Part shown: positions 60,581 through 64,000 of the stretch, one piece after another
How the letters are laid out: the number at the start of each line of letters is the position of its first letter
Numbering within the stretch: position 1 is the stretch's first letter
Assembly: GCA_000708835.1 (NCBI GenBank)
Contig: DF237190.1
Coordinates: forward strand, 65,137-129,136
From: Klebsormidium nitens
Taxonomy: Eukaryota; Plantae; Klebsormidiophyceae
Direction: 5' to 3'
Length of the DNA: 64,000 bases
Position numbers and translations under genes: made by a program
The notes under the pieces: generated by a model
Database searches by the model: none
The model's input: the letters and a program-made list of their open reading frames with translations, nothing else
What the model was told of the DNA's origin: nothing

Positions 60581-63500
60581 TTAACGTTCTTTAAAGCGGT
60601 ACGCACCCTCTTCGGAACCTCCGCAGCTTTCAGCATTGTCAAGACGTCTTGAAACGCGTTCGCAGCGTGCGCAAGCAGAGGAAACTGGAACGGAAAAGTG
60701 GAAACCTGAAGCGATTGTACCTCTGATAAGCGCATCCACGATCTTGCCCCCTAGCTCCGGGCCCAGCGTCCGGGGAAGCACTGCCGTTCCGGGATCCCTC
60801 TTGATGCTTCCGTCCAGCAGGATCATATCGCGCAGGAAAAGGGCATCCTGCTCTTCGTCTGGCACGTTCCCGGCACGTGCCTCCACCACCCTGCGGGAAT
60901 CCAATAATGGCAAATTACAAATCACGAATGCACATATCTAGAGAGCGGCGGCAGTGGCAAAAGAGTGGGGGCGCATGAATCTTGAGGTCGCCGAGGAGTG
61001 GCACTCAACGACCACAACTTGTCATTAGGTAACACCGAGCGAAGAGACAGAGGGAAGTCTTGATTCTGAATCGCATTCAGAAAGGTGGGCGCTTTGAAGG
61101 AATCAGATCGCATCGCCCGTATCCAAAACGCAATGGAGTCTGCACAAAATCCGCTCGAAGGACAGCCGCCCACAAGGACGTATTTATGAGATATGTGCGG
61201 CCAGCTTAAGGCAAGAAGGTCTTATATCGAAGCGACAATCGAAATCGGTCCAAGAATAAGGAGCTGATTCCTTGCAGTAGCAGCGGCTCACTTGATCCAG
61301 CTGTCAAGCACAGTCCTCACGTAAGGCTCCACTAATTCCTTCATCGCTGTCACGACCGGTCTGTGGCCGTCCGTGAACCTCTCCTCGAGGTTGTACACGT
61401 GGCAGATGTGGATTGGCGAGAGCACGGCGTGCAGAAAGAGGCTTGGCGTGTCGTAGTAAGTAAAGCGCGCGTCTTTTTAAATCTTCGAATGCATCTCGCG
61501 AGCTCCGGACGTCTCGTAAACTTCGTCCAAGTAGGCTTGGTGCATGACCAGATCTCTGGCAGGGCGGCGGGGTTTTTTAATTAGTATTGTGACGTCATCA
61601 CGGCATAGAAATGGTAGCGGCCAGACGGAAGAACTATGCGGACTGCCTCCTGACTGTCCACTCATCACGGACTGGGCAGTATAGCTTCACGGCAGCTCTT
61701 AACGTCAATTTTGCAACCCTGGACTCTCATTTGTAAGACGAGGGACTAATACTTGAAGAGCTAGCACATGATTACAGACGCTTTACAGAAGGAACGCTCG
61801 ACTCTAGTCTGTTCACTAAGCCAGAGTAGGCTTAGTTGAGGTTGCGCTCCCTTAGTCGCCAATCCGTAAATTAAAGTGGACAGCAACACAATTTCCGCGC
61901 ACCTTCGGGGGAGCATGTCGGTCGAAACAAAGATCAAGGTGGGCGACACAGAGAGCTCCAGCACGTAATGGGGGGCGTCTGTGGCTGGGCCGAGCATCAG
62001 GAACACGCTCCACCGGCAGACCTTGGCGCCAGGCTGGCCCGGCATGCCGGGGCGCTCCACCTTGAGCTTGGACTGCAAAAAAAAAAACATCTGTGGGAAA
62101 GGTTTTTCTATGTCGGAATGCTCTGTTGGTGGCGCCTTAGGCGATTTAAACTGTTGAAGGGTTGAAAGGTCTGAGAGGTCGACAAGATCCAAAAATGTAT
62201 GACCGGCAAAAGATAACAACCAGGGCCGTTTTCCTAAGGAAAGAGACTCTTGCTGTTCAACAATAGGGCTAAGCAAGGCTGGCCTGCCATCACAGAGATG
62301 ATTGCACTTTGTATCTCACCTTCCTCTTCCAGGAACAGCTAAAAAGCCTATGCTGAACTACAAACAAGTATTCTGGATCACATGGGTAAGGCGTGTGCTC
62401 ACTTGAACAAGTCGGACAGTGTCCTTTCCATTGCCCCTCCAAAATACCAACTCCCCAACCACAGACCCGTCTTGGCTCTGAAAGTGGCGGATGTCTGGGG
62501 GGGTCCTGGTGAGGAGCAATCTCCCCCCGAAAGATTTCTCGACCACCTCCATGACCAGTGTGTACATGAGGTATCCAGCTGGGACATGGAAAGGGAATAT
62601 CAGCGAAGTCTTCACTGCTGAGAAAGGACTTCATTCTTCAGCAAGCTTTTAGCTTTTGGGCAAGAATTCATGCTGAACTGTTTGCGCAACACAAGCAGCC
62701 TGGCCTCTTAAGTTGGGCGACAAGAGAGCCTTGCTTGCCAAGATGTAAGGCCCTATAGTGAACCACACTTCTCAAGCTGGTTCCTGCATTCCCCCGGCAT
62801 CAGATTGCCTTTGAAAATTTCAGTTGAATAGATTCCTCACTTTAGCAACATCGTTTGACTCTTTAACTCTGACTTCGCTTGTGCACAAGCTGACGAGCAT
62901 TATTTTGTCACTTTTCAGCTTCCCCCCATCTCCTCAGTACAGTGCTAGATCGCCCGCGCCTAAAGACTTTTGCACAACCTTGAGCCCCTGGATTATCTCA
63001 GCGGTTGACTCATGAGTTTGATTTTCTTTCATTTCGTTCACAGGCCACCCATTCACAATGCGCCCAAATAACTTTTGAAACAAGAGTATCTGCAACTGAT
63101 CCTGACGTTGCCCCAGTATTCAAGGTGTATCGACTCGAGCTCAGAAACCTCCTCATGACATCATCAACTGAGCTCCTCTTTTGCATCAACATAAGGCACA
63201 GGCTCAGAACAGTGGCAATACACCAGACTGCATAATGTATCTCACCTTCAAACATCCCGGATGGTTCGCTTTGATCGTCCCAGTCATTGTCAAGCTGCCA
63301 GGATTCAGTAAAAGGCCTCTCCAAGCTGTCGATGGATTCTTGCCGCATCGGACCAACACTTGTGGATGCATTACACTTCATCATCTGTCTCTGGTTCATA
63401 TGGAGTCCGCTCAGCTTCCCCTGGCTGATCGGACTTGCATATTCCGTGATTGAAGGCCTGTGTGGACAGATGCCATGTGGCGGCTGCAGACCTCGGGGTG

Positions 63501-63585
63501 CGTCCACCCGTCTTCTCGCTCTTGTAAGCTGACATGGCAGGGCGTGTGGCAGGGATGATTGATTTCCACTGCCCAAGCTGCCCAA
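60581..63585 (-). CDS. RCCR: Red chlorophyll catabolite reductase-like (ferredoxin-dependent bilin reductase family) with N-terminal extension; one in-frame TAA at 61477-61479
   Basis: Exons (minus): 63585-63246, 62614-62403, 62072-61903, 61555-61292, 60890 to ~60720/60581; phases are consistent. Collinear with plant RCCR/ACD2: LMYTLVMEVVEKSFGGRLLLTRTPPDIRHFQSQDGSVVGEL, DAPHYVLEL..DMLPRRDLVMHQAYLDEVY, YDTPSLFLHAVLSP, LVEPYVRTVLDSWIK, EQDALFLRD..LPRTLGPELGGKIVDAL. The 3' end is uncertain. Confidence 0.8.
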
Positions 63586-64000
63586 CGCTGAAACTAGTTG
63601 ATGGGAAGTGTGACGAGTGTTGGGAGGGAAGGCTACTTTAGAGGGGTGCCAGTGAACTTAAAGCCCCTTCGGCGCACAAACTTCTTGACACCCATACATA
63701 ATGTGAGCTACGCCAGTACGATTCACCTAAAGACGTTCCTAAGAACACTCTTCGTTAATGTAGCCCTCAAGTTGGCGCTTACAAATGGCTGCTCCACGAC
63801 TTTCTACAAATGCGTGTCCTCGACCTAGTTAGTACTGGCTTGCAATCAGAGGAATCAATGAAGGTGAAGGTGGGCAAAAAGGATGTACAGCTAGAAACCT
63901 TTAGCTCACTGCAACTCGTAGAGGTACCTTTGTCAGCAATTGACGACCGTTTCAAGGTTTTGCAGCTCAGTGCTGCGCCAGCCTGCCACTGCAGGGCCTA

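Noticed and set aside
40457-61479. Non-standard genetic code (TAA/TAG = Gln, as in some ulvophytes) to explain the in-frame TAA in RCCR and copy 2
   Set aside because: I saw no internal TAA/TAG in the NOL6 (1155 codons) or copy 1 (1567 codons) models. The copy 2 TAA aligns to Tyr, and TAA/TAG appear as apparent terminators (DUF3598-like gene, copy 3).
63858-64000. Start of a plus-strand gene (MKVKVGKKDVQLETF...) open to the window edge
   Set aside because: Only ~47 codons with no recognisable motif; it needs downstream sequence.
1-64000. tRNA, rRNA or intronic C/D-box snoRNA genes (expected in a NOL6 host gene)
   Set aside because: By eye I found no convincing T-loop/cloverleaf, rRNA segment or C/D pair with a terminal stem. 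A covariance-model scan (Infernal, tRNAscan-SE) would be needed to exclude them.

Overview
Eukaryotic nuclear DNA with GC-rich exons and GT-AG introns, probably from a streptophyte green alga such as Klebsormidium. That assignment is inferred from TTTTAGGG repeats, an RCCR homologue and the exon/intron style. I spliced the genes by hand. Left to right: (1) a ~2.3 kb GTAC/CTAG-rich relic that looks CG->TA hypermutated; (2) a complete 18-exon NOL6/UTP22 gene (minus strand, 1155 aa) whose introns carry degenerate tandem copies of its own exon ends; (3) a divergent 3-exon LYRM1 gene; (4) a ~34 kb cluster of three paralogues of an unusual fusion gene; (5) a DUF3598-like gene; (6) an RCCR/ACD2-like gene with one in-frame TAA. 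The fusion is a dynamin-superfamily (NUGGC/SLIP-GC-like) P-loop GTPase with a Tudor-like domain inserted between G1 and G2, a helical region, and then Tudor + MBD-like + MeCP2-like MBD at the C-terminus. Copy 1 is intact (20 exons, 1567 aa). Copy 2 is inverted, lacks the whole GTPase and has a stop in the second MBD. Copy 3 is full length but frameshifted. This GTPase/methyl-CpG-reader family is the main candidate novel system. Domain calls come from motif recognition and remembered family sequences; no database searches were run.
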